Positions 1 to 15,098 of a DNA stretch of 64,000 nucleotides are shown one piece after another. The notes under the pieces are model-generated. The model saw only the letters and a list, made by a program, of their open reading frames with translations, did not search any database and was not told the DNA's origin. This DNA comes from Octopus vulgaris (lineage: Eukaryota). The stretch's first letter is position 1, and every line of letters begins with the position of its first letter. The DNA lies in contig OX597840.1 in the NCBI GenBank assembly GCA_951406725.2, positions 682,001-746,000 on the forward strand, written 5' to 3'. The position numbers and the translations under genes are program-made.

Positions 1-1685
1 TGTCAATTATAATCATTATATAACTCTGGAAATACCCTGTTCTTCAGTTCAGCTGGGGAATTCACCACGATGGTAATATGAGCTAAACTGATATCACCAT
101 TCCCATCAAATGGTACTTTCCCATTTCCAAATTGGAGGATCCAGGTGGAAAACATTTCTGCACATTGGTACCCATGTAATAAAGCTCGCACTTTAGTATA
201 AATGAGAATTTCTGTACCTTATACCAAAGGTGTGAAAACTTAATGCATGCTTTCATCTCATCAGGACTTGTTCATCTCGGAATGACTGGTAATATCTGTC
301 TGAAGTCTACTAATAAAACTAATGTAATTCCTCCCATTTGTAACAATGATTTATGATTGCCTCTTATGTCCTGTAAGGTCTTCTCAAGAGCTTCCGTTGC
401 ACCTCTATGTGACATGTTGTATTTATCTGAAATGATCAGGTGGCATTAGCGCAACACTTCTGCTGAACCTGAACATTTGCTTATGTTACAAATTGGACTG
501 TCATTTGTGATTAGCTTTAGTGATAATTTAAAAGCAAATTGAGCTGTTCGTCCTCCTGAGAGAATGGTGGCAGCAATGCCTGACGATGCTACACCAACTG
601 CAATTCACTTTTGTTGCTTTACCTTGGAGAGAAGCAATGTTACAAATGTTTTACCTGTGCCACCAGGAACATCAAAAAAGAAAATACCTCCACTTTTTTC
701 TCTGACTGACAAAATAATCTTATTATGTGCAAACGTTGTTCTGGAAGAAGTTTAGGTTCATGTTCATTCACAAATGCAGCCAACTCTGTGATGTCATAAT
801 TTGTCTCTCTTGCTATGTCTCTTGAAATTAAATCACTAATTTGGAGGTTCGTTTTTGACAGTCTAGAGCCAGACTCTTCCAAATTTTTCCCTCTCATGGA
901 CAAAACTTGATCCTCAGTTTCACTCAGTGCTTGGTTAAAAATTGTTTCAGAGAACTGAATATTGATATCTGGGTTTGCCTGTTGCACTGTATACTTTAAG
1001 TCCTCAGCCAAGTCCTCACGATGTTTCGTCCAAAGCTGTAGGAGACTGCAAAGTTGACACATGTTCAGTATAATTACTAAAAGGTGACGGGGTTTCCTTG
1101 GAGAATCTGATACTGATGTTTCAGTCAATGCAAAGTTCCAATGCTCATCATTCTCTAAAAAACTTTGTTGATAGCCTGCTTCCCTATAAGTTCCACACAA
1201 ATGACAATTTACCCTCCTCGAATCTTGGAATGATTTGGGACCTCGTTCTTCATGCAAAAGGAGACGTAAGTACTAGCACTCTGGTTGGCTTGGCGGGTCA
1301 CTGTAAACTCTTGAAAGAGCGCCAGCCCTTTTACTCCTGTGCTATTCATTGTTTCTCCAGGTGTAATTCTTGGGAAATTGTGGGTTAAGGAGTTTTCTTG
1401 CATCTTCATCTACTTGACACAATTCTTAAAAAAGGCAGTAAGGGTAGTTTCTTTTGAAGAAAGCGCTTGTTGCAAGGTTGTTTGTTTTGCAAAGGTAACC
1501 CTGTGGCCAATCTCTAGATGGACACTCAGATGAATGATGGCTGGGTGCCTCTCATCAATGGGAAAATTGAAAATGCGTCAAAAAGCGTCATTGGTACTGA
1601 TGTATCTTCCTCTGTCATACTGTGCATCTTCGTCATTTTTATTTACCTTCTGACTGCCATTCTGCATAAGAGTGTATGTTGCAGC
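1..1685 (-). pseudogene. Helitron RepHel (Rep-linker + PIF1 helicase) remnant, frameshifted and stop-containing; runs off the window start
   Basis: Minus-strand translations across frames give RYISTNDAF*RIFNFPIDERHPAIIHLSVHLE, GPKSFQD..TYREA..LENDEHW (ORF 640-1257), Walker A DVPGGTGKTF, VASSGIAATILSGGRTA, TLQDIRGN and DFRQILPVIP. These match Helitron PIF1-helicase motifs. Confidence 0.92.
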
Positions 1686-1883
1686 ATCTAAACTTTTGTT
1701 AGAGTTTTAACAGAGTTAACAGAGTTGCAGAATTCTACCTTGAAAATTAAAATGGCGATTAAATGAAAAAATGTGTTAGGCGAATATATCACAAGAGTGA
1801 TTGAAATAAATGGCGATTGTGGAACGCCGCACGCACGCACACACATACATGCAGTATCACAGGTCAGAGGAAATGGACATGTT

Positions 1884-1920
<37 letters not shown>

Positions 1921-2031
1921 CAGAGAGAGAGAAAGAGAAAGAAAGAGAAAGCGAGTGAAGATATGTGTTGTCATATATACGTACATACATAAATATATAT
2001 ACATCGTGTTGTATGTATGTGTGCGTGTGTG

Positions 2032-2066
<35 letters not shown>

Positions 2067-2514
2067 CCAGTGCCACTTAAACACCAATCTCTCTGTCTCT
2101 CTGTGTCTCACACACACACACATGCAAAAAATATGTGTGCATATATATCTATGTACGTACATATAAATGACAACACACCCCTAGTCTCTTTCTCCCTCAC
2201 ATTGACATACATATATATAAACGTACATGCAAAAACACACATGTGCATGTACGACTCATTACAAATACGTAGAGCTGAATACGGCGCGCAAAAGTAAATA
2301 AATAAATAAAAAATTACGGAAATGAACAAAGTGAGCAGATTCAAGCAAAACTTGTGAACATTGTAAATATTTCTTACGGTGATTTATTGTAGTTTTTTGC
2401 AAATAGCGGATTAAAATTTGAGATGAAAACATTGAAATAAAGAAAAATTGCAAAATTCGCCGTTGCTACCTCGATACCGGAAGTTGGCATTGAAAAACCT
2501 TTTTAAAGAAGCGA

Positions 2515-2642
<128 letters not shown>

Positions 2643-2901
2643 CTGTGTATATAATTTCAACAAATTATATACATAGTCTGTGACTATTTTCTCTTTCTCA
2701 CTAGACCGCTGGTGGCCAAAAATTTCTATTGAATTTTTTACAACCCTTATATTGATTAAATATATATATATATATAAAGCAAAATTATTTATTTTTAATT
2801 AAAAAAAAATATCCTGAAGAGCTTAATTGGTATCAGAGGTCAAATTATTCCGCCATCCCAAATATGGAAGCAATTCGCGCGGCCGTTTTTGCATGAAAAG
2901 A

Positions 2902-2939
<38 letters not shown>

Positions 2940-3124
2940 CCACAAACACTGGTTTATTTTACATATATATATATATATATTTATATATATGTATTTATAT
3001 GAATCAATTCATATATATATATATATGTGTGTGTGTGTGGTTACATATATGTACACAGACACACACATACATATATATATAAGTATATGCTGATAAGAGA
3101 TAGAGAAGTTCATAAATGCATGCA

Positions 3125-3445
3125 TACATGGAGCACTCCGACGGTTACGACCACGAAGGTCCCAGCTGATACAATCAACGGAACAGCTTGCTCGTGAAAT
3201 TAACGTGCAAGTGACTGAGCGCTCCACAGACACGTGTACCAATAACGTAGTTCTCGGGGAGATTCAGCATGACAAGACTGGTCCTTTGAAATAAGGGGTA
3301 CAACTCACTTTTGCCAGCTGAGTGGATTGGAGCAACGAGAAATAAAGTGTCTTATTCAAGGGCACAACGTGTCGCCAGGAATTGAACTCACAACCTTACG
3401 ATCGTGAGCCGAATGTCCTAACCACTAAACCACGCGCCTTCACAT
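3125..3445 (-). mobile_element. tRNA-derived SINE (CORE-like family B)
   Basis: Minus strand begins GTGAAGGCGCGTGGTTTAGTGGTTAGG (A-box-like). Body matches the copies at 8374-8764 and 28945-29800. Confidence 0.8.
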
Positions 3446-3483
3446 AAAAGATACATACATATAAACATACATACATACATACA

Positions 3484-3516
<33 letters not shown>

Positions 3517-3987
3517 GTATATATACATACATTCGTACATACACTCATACATACCTACCTACCTACATACATACACACATACATACCTACATACATACAT
3601 ACATAATACACGCACACACACACATACATACATACATACATACATACATACAAACATACATACATACATACATACATACATACTTGCAAAAGGTACAAAG
3701 ATGAATGGAACCCTAAGCAAAACATGTAGTATATAGAGATATGCAAGCCAAGTGGTTTCGGGTTAAGTCTCACCTTTCGGCGGCATCTTCAACAAGTGGC
3801 TTCTATAAAATAGACCTGGGCGAATAGACGCTTCCTAAGTGATTTCGCGAGAGGGAAACTGTACGAAAGCTCGTTCTATATGTGTATATGATGGCATTCG
3901 TGTCTTTCTTCTTGGTGCTTATCCATCCGCAGTTGGAGAAACAAATGGTATTTCTTCCTTTAGATCTCCGTGACTTAGCGGTTCAAG

Positions 3988-4503
3988 TGGAGGCGCGTGG
4001 CTTAGTGGTTAGGGTGTCAGCACATGATCGCAAGATTGAGGTTTCGATTCCTGGACCAGGCGACGCGTTGTGTTTTTGAGCAAAACACTTCATTTCACGT
4101 TGCTCCAGTCCACTCAGCTGGCAAAAATTAGTAACGCTGTGATGGACTGGCGTCTCGTCCAGCTGGGGAACACATGCGCCATTGAAACCGGGAAACCGGG
4201 CCCATGAGCCTAGCTAGGCTTTAAAAGGGTGCATTTATTTTTGTGGAGGCGCGTGGCTTAGTGGTTAGGGTGTCAGCATCATGATCGTAAGACTGTGGTT
4301 TCGATTCCTGGACCAGGCGATGCGTTGTGTTCTTCAGCAAAACGCTTCATTTCACGTTGCTCCAGTCCACTCAGGTGGCAAAAATGAGTAACGCTGCGAT
4401 GGAATGGCGTCCCGTCCAGCTGGGGAACCCATACGCCATTGAAACCGGAAATCGGGCCCATGAGCCTGGCTAGGCTTTAAAGGGTGCATTTATTTTATTT
4501 ATT
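3988..4503 (+). mobile_element. Head-to-tail dimer of a ~255-bp tRNA-derived CORE-like SINE, inserted in an old family-A SINE
   Basis: GTGGAGGCGCGTGGCTTAGTGGTTAGGGTGTCAGCA at 3988 and 4243, B-box GTTTCGATTCC, and CORE-like GAGCAAAACACTT. ACTTAGCG is present on both flanks. Confidence 0.85.
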
Positions 4504-5073
4504 AACTTAGCGAATTGGCAATAGGATCCGATACATTAATTGACATACTTAAAATAATCTTTGTTCGACTAACCCCATAAATGAGGAAGTGCTCCAGAAT
4601 GTCCACGGCTGAATCTCTGAAACAAGAGAGTACATATATATACATATGTGTGTGTGTGTGTTTGTGTGTGCGTGTGTATACACACACATTCCCATTTATA
4701 TCTCAGATTTTGTGTATTATGGTGTTTATGAATACACACACTATGTTGTACAAAGAATAGAGAAGAAGCAGCATGTATTGATAAGAACAGTGTGGTGGTG
4801 GGGTGGGGTGGGGCGGGGTGGGGCTCATGCGCATGCGTAAACGTACACGGGTATGAATACATGTGCAGTGCGTGCGTGTAGGGTCTTATTTCGTAAAATT
4901 GAATTTTTGGAAAGACCTGTGCGTGCGCGCGCACATACACACACATTCACACAGACATACAGACATACAGACAGAAATACTGATGCATCCAAGCCTAACA
5001 CAATTATACAACACAGACACGCACATGTGCTCATGTGTCCGTGTGTCAGTGTAGGCATATACATAAACATACA

Positions 5074-5117
<44 letters not shown>

Positions 5118-5174
5118 CACACACACATATATATATATATAAATAAATATATAAATATATAAATATACATATAT

Positions 5175-5242
<68 letters not shown>

Positions 5243-5463
5243 GCATATATATGCATATATATATTTATATATGTATATATATATATATATACACATACTT
5301 ACACATATATATGTATATACATATATATATATATATATATATGCATATATATATGAATATATTATATATATACATATATACTTAAATATATATATATGTA
5401 TATATATATAAATAAATAAATATATATATATATATAATAAATATATATATGTATATATATAAA

Positions 5464-5544
<81 letters not shown>

Positions 5545-6383
5545 ATATACACGTATACAAATTACAAATATAAACGTGTGTGTGTGTATGTGTGTGTGTC
5601 CGCGCGCGTATGTGCTTGTGAACATGTATTTTGTGTGGTGGACGTGTGGTTTTGTTTGATTGCCGGCAGCCATTTCAAGTTTTCGCTCTCAATTGATAAG
5701 TTATTGTACACCATGCTGCGTGTGAGGCTGTCGATAATATTATAATATAATATTCCTTAGAATCACGAGGAAAAACAAAAAAACAAAAAACAACAAAACA
5801 AAACAAAACAAAAACTAACAATAAATAATAAAGGCAAAATTCAAAACAAATACAAAATTTAATCTTCGTCGTCGCTTCCCTCCCCGACCAATCCAAACCC
5901 TTTCTATATTACATCCTTCTTTTCGTCCTCTTTCTCGCCTTCTTGTTCCAGTTTTGAATCTGTTTGTGTTCTTATTCTTCTTGTTTCACCTTTTCTTCTT
6001 GATGTTGTTATTGTTGTTGCTGTTGTTATGACGTACCACCATCTCCTCCTCCCCTTCTTCATTATACCTCCTCCTTCCTATCCTCCTACACTTCATTCCT
6101 CCTTTTATGTGCCATCTCTTCCCACACCCCTTAGCTACTCCCTCCGTTTCTGTATTTGTCCTCCCTCTTGTCTATAAATAGCACCAACAAGATTTAACCT
6201 AAAAGCTTTGAAAAATTTGATTAAACTTTCAGCCAACCCAGTCCTTGCTCTCTGTCTCTCTATCTCTCTTTGTCTCTGTCTCTGTCTGTCTCTCTCTCTC
6301 TCTCCGTGTCTCCCTCTCTCTAATCTATCTTTCTGTCTATCATTAACTATCTGTATATATAAATACTTCCACTCACATACACG

Positions 6384-6434
<51 letters not shown>

Positions 6435-6499
6435 CACACAATCACGAGCGTACACACACATGTATGACCGCGTAGATATGAATGTCTATAGCTTTCCCG

Positions 6500-6609
<110 letters not shown>

Positions 6610-6772
6610 CTCTATCTATCTATATACATACTTATATACTTAAACATACATACATACATAATTATATATGTATATACATATCAATATATAATATATATAT
6701 ATATATATACGTATATATATATATAAGTATATATATGTATATATATATACGTATATATAAATATATATATAC

Positions 6773-6809
<37 letters not shown>

Positions 6810-7082
6810 CATCATATATGTCAATCTATATACACACAAAATATGTTTCATTATGCCTGTATCTATACAGATATGTATACATAAACACATGACACACAAA
6901 TATATAAGCACATATACGCACACACTGACACATCACATACACACACATACATATATCTATACACAAAATAAACATACAAAGACTATATAAATCCACACAC
7001 ATTTTCTTTCTATCTCCCTCTGTTTCTCTTCCTCTCTCACTCTCTCTTTTAGTCTCTGTTTCTTTCTCTCTTAGTCTCTCTC

Positions 7083-7122
<40 letters not shown>

Positions 7123-7299
7123 TTCTCATCCTTCTATCCTGTCTGCATAGACTACAATAGAAAGTTCTAGAAGCACCAGTCATGTCCTCCTTCTCCATTT
7201 CCTCATCTCAGTGAAAATACCGCCATTTTACTGTGGCTGTAATCAACTCGGATAAATAAACTGTACACGACCCCATTCACGTCATAAGACCCTTCTATT

Positions 7300-7790
7300 G
7301 CCACCGGCACCGCCATCGCTGCCGTCATCGCCACCGCCGACACCGTTGCCACCGTCGCCGTTGCCGCCGCCGCAATCGCTGCAACTTCCGGTGCCGCCAT
7401 CGCTGCAATTGCCGGTGCTCCTGCCGCCACCACCGCCATCGCTGCCGACGCTTCCGCCGCCCGCCGCTATTGCTCCGCTGCTGCTGCTGCCTCTATACAT
7501 GCCACCTCCACTGCCGCCGTCGCTGCCTCCACCGCTGACGCTGCAGCTGACGCTGCCGCTGACGCTGCCGCTGACGCTGCCGCTGACGCTGCCGCTGACG
7601 CTGCCGCTGACGCTGCCGCTGACGCTGCCGCTGACGCTGCCGCCGACGCTGCCGCTGACGCTTCCGCCGCGTCCGCCGCTGCTGCCGGCGCTGCTACTAT
7701 CGCTGCTACCGCTGCTGCTGCCGCTGCCAAGACTGTCGTCGCTGCCGCTGTCGCCGCCGTCACCACCGCTTCCGCTGCCGCCCCAATTGT
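7300..7790. repeat. GC/CpG-rich minisatellite (GCCGCTGACGCT)n within GCC/GCT low complexity
   Basis: About 10 tandem 12-mers at ~7530-7665; they produce the spurious PLTL/GSVS/ASAA ORFs. Confidence 0.9.
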
Positions 7791-8373
7791 CCCCACCACG
7801 ATCAATACAACCCCTACAACAGGAACCATTATCACCATCACCTTCAATCATTAGCACCATGTCAACCATCAATATCACCACTACCATCAGCACCGCCAGA
7901 ATCGCCACCACTATCACTACAACTACTACAACCAGAACTGCCTCTGCCTTCACTATCCCCCCCACTAGCACCACAACAGCAACTACATCCATCCTGACCT
8001 TGATCATTACAATCGCCCCCACAACCACCGCCACCACCACCACCTTCCGAAACGGCAACAATCACCGCCATCAAATCCTCTAATCCAACATACATTAACG
8101 CTACCATGACCACCATCACAATCACCATCTCCCCACTGCCACCACCATCACCACCACCACCACCACCACACCCACCACTCCAGCTATTGCTAGAAATACC
8201 ACGAAATTCACCACATTCGCCATCCCCACCACCACCAAAACCACCACATCCGCTACCGTCTTCCACGCGCTCGAGCACCACCACTTGTTGCAAAACCCTC
8301 CCTAAATATAAACATCCTTCTATCAGCGATCGTATGAGCATGGATTACGATCTTTTATACAGGAGATATACAT

Positions 8374-8764
8374 GTCTTTGGAAGCACTCCGTCGGTTACG
8401 ACGACGAGGGTTCCGGTTGATCCGAACAACGGAACAGCCTGCTCGTGAAATTAACATGTAAGTGGCTGAGCACTCCACAGACACGTGTACCCTTAACGTA
8501 GTTCGCAGGGATATTCAGCGTGACACAGAGAGTGACAAGGCCGGCTCTTTGAAATACAGGTACAACAGAAACAGGAAGTAAGAGTGAGAGAAAGTTGTGG
8601 TGAAAGAGTACAGCAGAGATCACCACCATCCCCTGCCGGAGCCTCGTGGAGCTTTTAGGTGTTTTCGCTCAATAAACACTCACAACGCCCGGTCTGGGAA
8701 TCGAAACCGCGATCCTCCGAACGCGAGTCCGCTGCCCTAACCAATGGGCCATTGCGCCTCCACT
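8374..8764 (-). mobile_element. tRNA-derived SINE with 13-bp TSD
   Basis: Minus-strand head GTGGAGGCGCAATGGCCCATTGGTTAGGGCAGCGGAC. AGGAGATATACAT is duplicated at 8361-8373 and 8765-8777. Confidence 0.9.
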
Positions 8765-9399
8765 AGGAGATATACATAACTAACCCTGTAAGAACAATAA
8801 TAAATACGAAAGCAAGAACCCTAAAAAAGAGCATCAAAAACATACAACAACAAGCAAAATACCATACAAAATCACAGAGATGCAAGGGGCAGGTGTCAAG
8901 GTGTCTCTTAGATGCTGATACGCAGGACACGACCGTTTTAACAGCATTTTAGGACCCCGTAATAAATAAATGCACTGGGCCCTTTGGCATTTATTTCTTG
9001 ACGGCAAGCCACGACATACATCTAGGGACACATAGTTGAGTCCCTTGACCTGTAAGGCTCCTGGGTAATCTCTTTTTGTGTCCATGCTTTAAGAAGACAC
9101 TGATACAGGATATGGTCTAGAAGGACCTGAATAAGGGATTACATTTGTTGAAAGGTAAACCATTTAGCCCATGTTTAATAGACTTGTTTTATAGTTGTTG
9201 TACTGTTGTTTCACCTTTGCGTTTCGCTCTGCTTTTTTCTTTGCAGTATCTCCGAGTTTTGTCAACCTGAGGTGAAGTTTTTAGTGCCCAATCCTAAATG
9301 ATCATAATCTAAGCACTTCAGTTCAACCATATCTGACCATTGCGAAGACAGTGATATATGTAATTACATATATCACCGCCACCAATACGAAGACTACCG

Positions 9400-9750
9400 T
9401 TACCACCGCCGGCAACATCAACACCGCCACCACTACTAACGCCGCCGCCGCCGCCACCACCACCACCACCACCACCACCACCACCACCACCACCACCACC
9501 ACCACCACCACCACCACCACCACCACCACCACCACCACCACCACCACCACCACCACCACCACCAACACCACCACCACCACCAAAACCACCACTACCACCA
9601 CCACCATACCACCACCACCACACCACCACCACCACCACCAAAACCACCACTACCACCACCACCACCACCACCACCACCACCACCACCACCACCACCACCA
9701 CCACCACCACCAGCACCACCACCACCACCAGCACCACGACCACCACCACA
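9400..9750. repeat. (ACC)n microsatellite
   Basis: Long near-perfect ACC run. Confidence 0.95.
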
Positions 9751-9828
9751 AGAAATGCTGACAGGACTATCCCAGCCACACTATCAGAACAGCAGCAATG
9801 ACAAGATCAGAAGCAAGAGCTATAGGGG

Positions 9829-9860
<32 letters not shown>

Positions 9861-10252
9861 ACGCTAGCTTCAACGACAACAACAACAACGACAACCCATG
9901 CCAGTAGCAGCAAATGCAACAGTAACAGGAAGAATATTATCAAAAAATAAAATAGCAACAACGCTATTCGCAAAATAGCAACAACACAAACAGCAACAGC
10001 AGCAGCAGCAGCAGCAGCAACAACAACAACAACAACAATTGTACAAATAGAGGATTAGAGCAACGATTGTTATATTATAGACCCGGACGCAGCTGTGTTG
10101 TAAGAAGTTATCTTCCCAACCTCATGGTACCGGTTTCAGTCCTGCTGTGCAGCATCTTTGATAAATGTCTTCTGTTACCGCCCCGGGCCGAGTAAATACT
10201 TGTGAATGAATATGGTAGACGGAAACTGAAAGAAGTCCGTCATATATATATG

Positions 10253-10317
<65 letters not shown>

Positions 10318-10402
10318 CAAAGGGCCAGCCTTGTCACATACTGTATCACGCTGAATCTCAGCTGGGACCCTCGTCGTCGCAACCGACGGAGTGCTCTTAT
10401 AT

Positions 10403-10434
<32 letters not shown>

Positions 10435-10990
10435 GTATGTGTGTGCGTGTGTGTGTGTTTGTATTTGATACCCAACCACTTGTTGACAACAGGCCTTGGT
10501 TTGTTTCTGTCCCCGCAATCTAACGGTTTAACAAAACAGACCGTTAAGATAAATAGCAGGCTTAGAAACAGCAACAACAACAACAACAATAAAAACTGCA
10601 CTCTGAAATGCAATTATCAGCACCACCACTACAACCAGCACCACAACAGCAATAAAAGTAAAGAAAACAGCGTAAACAACAATCACAGCAGCAAAGCACA
10701 GTAGTAACAACGAGAACAACAGCAGCAGCAACCACGACAGGCAATATACGATTGTTCACAGCGTATTAACAAAATAAACCAAAAACTGAAAACTATTTAT
10801 GAAATTTGATTTTCCTCAACAATTCTGTATATATTAACAGATCTATCTGTCTACCGGACTCTCATTACCTTTCTCTCACAATCTGTCAATCAGTTTTCTT
10901 CCTCTCTCCATTTCCCTCCATCTCTGTTTCTCATTCTCTCACCCTCTCTCACTCAAGTCTTTATACATATGTATATATAAGATGTATAAG

Positions 10991-11021
<31 letters not shown>

Positions 11022-11097
11022 GTATACGTATATATATATATATATATTCATATATAGACATATATATTTTTATACATATATATATACGCACACAAAC

Positions 11098-11159
<62 letters not shown>

Positions 11160-11226
11160 GCATGTATATGTATGCATTTATCAATCTATTAATCTATCTA
11201 TTTCTATGAACGTATGATTATAGTTC

Positions 11227-11332
<106 letters not shown>

Positions 11333-11389
11333 ACATATATGTATATGTATGTAACGAATATGTAATATATAAATGTATAGCGATACGTA

Positions 11390-11774
11390 TCTCTCTATAT
11401 ATAAACGGCAGTTTGTCTGTGCGTGTTTCTGTGTGTCTGTTTTCTCGTACCCTCACTCTGACCACGGCTTTCAACCGATTCTGATGAAACTTGACACACA
11501 CATAGCCCAATGTCATAATTCAAAACTAACGCAGCGAAAATTTTGAAAAGTTCCCCCAGTTCTGAAAAAAATCGATAAATTCGACATGGGGTCGAGAATG
11601 AGAAACCCAAACCACAGACCGTCTAGGGGACGCAACTCCACCTGTTTTAACTCTCAAAAAAAATTTACCATCATTTTTTTTCCATTTTTTTGCTATTTTT
11701 TGGCTATAACTCTCTAAAAATGCTTTATAGTTATTTCCCTTACAAACCTGAGCAACGCCGGGCGATACTGCTAG
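11390..11774 (+). mobile_element. Non-autonomous Helitron, copy 1
   Basis: 5' TC (TCTCTCTATATATAAAC), 3' GC-rich CGCCGGGCG followed by CTAG, inserted between A and T with no TSD. Near-identical copy at 53779-54156. Confidence 0.85.
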
Positions 11775-11884
11775 TATTTATATATATGTCTACATATATA
11801 TGCATGAATGTATATACGTGTGTGTCTTGTGTGCGTGCGTTCGTGCTTATACATACGTACATACATGCAACCATATATACATAC

Positions 11885-11971
<87 letters not shown>

Positions 11972-12337
11972 CTGTATGTGTTCGAGTGATCGTGTGTTGT
12001 GCTTATCAAATTGGATTCAGATGTGGGACCATTTGTCTTATGAAGATCGAAAAACGATTGTTTCTGAAATGTGAGATTAAATAGAAAACTTTTGAGAGCC
12101 CCGTGAAAAGTGCTTATTTTGCGAATAATTTGGCCATTAAACAGAAGGAAGGCTTCAGAACAGAAGCTATAATGATGTTAACAATGCATATACACGCGTA
12201 ATTGCATATTCCTACACACACATATATATACCCATACACACAGAGACAGAAACACACACAAGTCCGTATAACCAGACATGCGTACTTACAAACAGATAAT
12301 ACGTAAATACATGCATACATACAACCATACATGTATA

Positions 12338-12498
12338 GGCGCAGGAGTGGCTGTGTGGTAAGTAGCTTGCTAAACAACCACATGGTTCCGGGTTCAGTCC
12401 CACTGCGTGGTATCTTGGGCAAGTGTCTTCTGCTATAGCCCCGGGCCGACCAACGGCTTTTGAGTGGATTTGGTAGACGGAAACTGAAAGAAGCCTGT
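12338..12498 (+). mobile_element. Family-A SINE, 5' part
   Basis: Head GGCGCAGGAGTGGCTGTGTGGTAAGTAGCTTGC ... GGATTTGGTAGACGGAAACTGAAAGAAGCC, shared with ~10 copies in the window. Confidence 0.9.
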
Positions 12499-12500
12499 GG

Positions 12501-13895
12501 CAATATTCATTGTTAATTCCAGACGTAAAAGTCCACGGCCACCTTCTTTTCTTGGCAGGTAAAGTCGTTCTATATCTGCCTTAGGGTGGTGCATTCTATG
12601 CCCCGCCAGCAATTTTCATATATTTCTGTCAAGATTATATATTTCAGTAATTGAACAGTTAATGATATTGAAACTGATAGTCACAATGGTTACGACTAAA
12701 TTATTGATCGCTTTGATCCTGTTTCTTGAATTCAGCTCTTTCTTTAGTATTGTCCTTACTCTGGTATAACATTCTCTTCTGATCCTTTCCCCACATTGAA
12801 TGTTTATTTTTTCTGTGCATGTTTCCAGTATGTCTTATTCTAGGATTTGTTATATTTGGAATTCATTTAGATATTCCTTTGCCTGTTTTGCTACTGAGTA
12901 TGATCCTTTCTTGTTTTCGTGCTTTAAGGCAAATTTTAACATCCAGTCATCGGATTTTTTCAGGTATGTGTTTAGGCAAATCGTGACAATATTCATTGTT
13001 AATTCCAGATGTCAAAGTCCACGGCCACCCTCTTTTCTTGGCAGGTAAAGTCGTTCAATATCTGCCTTAGGGTGGTGCATTCTATGCATCGTCAGCAATT
13101 TTCATATTTTTCTGTCAAGATTATATATCCCAGTAATTGAACAGTTAATGATATTGAAACTGTAAGTCACGATCGGTAGGGCTAAATTATTCGATCCTGT
13201 TTCTTGCATTAATCTCTGTCTTGAGTAATGCCCTAACTCTGCGATAACATTCTCTTCTGATCTTTTCACTGAATGTTTGATTCCATCACCTTCAAATATC
13301 CCTAAGTATTTGTAGCCCCCCGTGGGTTCTACCTCTTTTATAACATTCTGGTTGTCAAAATTAACGTTGGATGTTGCTATCATTTTTCATTTGATAAAGA
13401 TAGCGTTTGCCTCCTAATGTCATCATTAAATTGTTTAACAATTGCTGTAAGCCCTGTAGTTGTAAGTCAATTTTGCAAAGAGCTTTAGATCATCCATGTA
13501 AAAAAAGATCAATTATATTTTTATCAACCATTTTATAGCCATATTGTACATCATCGAGCAATTTCGAGAGAGGTATTAACGCCAGACAAAAGGGGAGTAC
13601 CCTGCCCTGGAAAATGCCCCATGAAATTCTTACATCTCCAACATTGAGAGATTCATTGTCACTGTTCAAAGTCAGTGTAGTTCTCTATGATCACATACTT
13701 ACAGACAAGAAGTTTCGCAGAATGTGTGCATATGTTATAAATTTCCAAACATTTCTTAATCCAGCTATGTGTTAGACTATCAAAAGATTTTTCATCGTCT
13801 ACACAGGCTATCGACAAGATTTTTTTGTGACACTCTTCCAAGATCATCTTATTGATTATAGGTGATCTTTACAACCAAAGGATTCACGTTTATTA
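12501..13895 (-). pseudogene. Non-LTR retrotransposon RT fragment (R4/Dong-like, RLE group) with an internal ~290-bp duplication
   Basis: Minus strand gives VDDEKSFDSLTHSWI, GIFQG, FYMDDLKL, YKYLGIFEGDGIKH and NNLALPIVTYSFNIIN. 12501-12795 repeats 12988-13280. Confidence 0.88.
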
Positions 13896-13949
13896 TTAAT
13901 ATCTCGTACCGGAAATTTCAAACATAAATCCAATTAAGATTGCAACAAT

Positions 13950-14035
<86 letters not shown>

Positions 14036-14073
14036 GTATATATATGTACTCATATATGTATATATACACACAC

Positions 14074-14143
<70 letters not shown>

Positions 14144-14393
14144 GTATATCTATCTATCTATCTATATATAAATCTTCAACTAGTTATCTCATATTTCTGA
14201 AGAATTACCAATGTCCGAAATGTCAAGGCACTATGCTCTGTCACCAAGCGTTAATAGTGCACTTTGGTCTTGTATTTATGTCCTTTCCCTTGATACACAT
14301 GTTTTTGATATACACACATAAACACCTGCTACATTTAATAGAAATATACATCTGTATATATCAAAGTATATACATACATAATTATATTTGTGC

Positions 14394-14425
<32 letters not shown>

Positions 14426-14648
14426 CGCAATTTTAAATGAATTTCGGTTATAAGTAGAGAATACTTAATGATGGGGGCTTAGGAATAGAAAGAGATCAAA
14501 GTTATATAATCTATTTTGACGGATACTTTGCGCATTCGTTCAACAGCTTGGATGTTAAGAAACCATCTGACAAAACTTGAAGCTGCAATATATGTTTATA
14601 CTTATATATACATACATATATACATACATATATATATATATATATTTG

Positions 14649-14681
<33 letters not shown>

Positions 14682-14745
14682 GTATATGTATATATATATA
14701 TATATATATATAAATATACATATATATATGCATATATATATATAC

Positions 14746-14798
<53 letters not shown>

Positions 14799-14927
14799 CA
14801 AATATATACAAATACGCACATACACATGTGAATGTATGTATGTGTATATATATACGTATATATATATATATATATATACATACACACATACGCACAGTCA
14901 CACAAGCACACAAACATACACATATAC

Positions 14928-14962
<35 letters not shown>

Positions 14963-15033
14963 AGTGTTTATTTATGTATCTAACTGTCTGTCCGTCTATA
15001 TCTATATATATATATATAAACGCACGCACACAC

Positions 15034-15098
<65 letters not shown>

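Noticed and set aside
8915-9000. AAAACGGTCGTG (minus) plus hairpin AAATAAATGC/GCATTTATTT as a possible hammerhead
   Set aside because: No CUGANGA box, the GAAA is altered and the triplet is GUG; only an unclassified repeat remnant can be supported.
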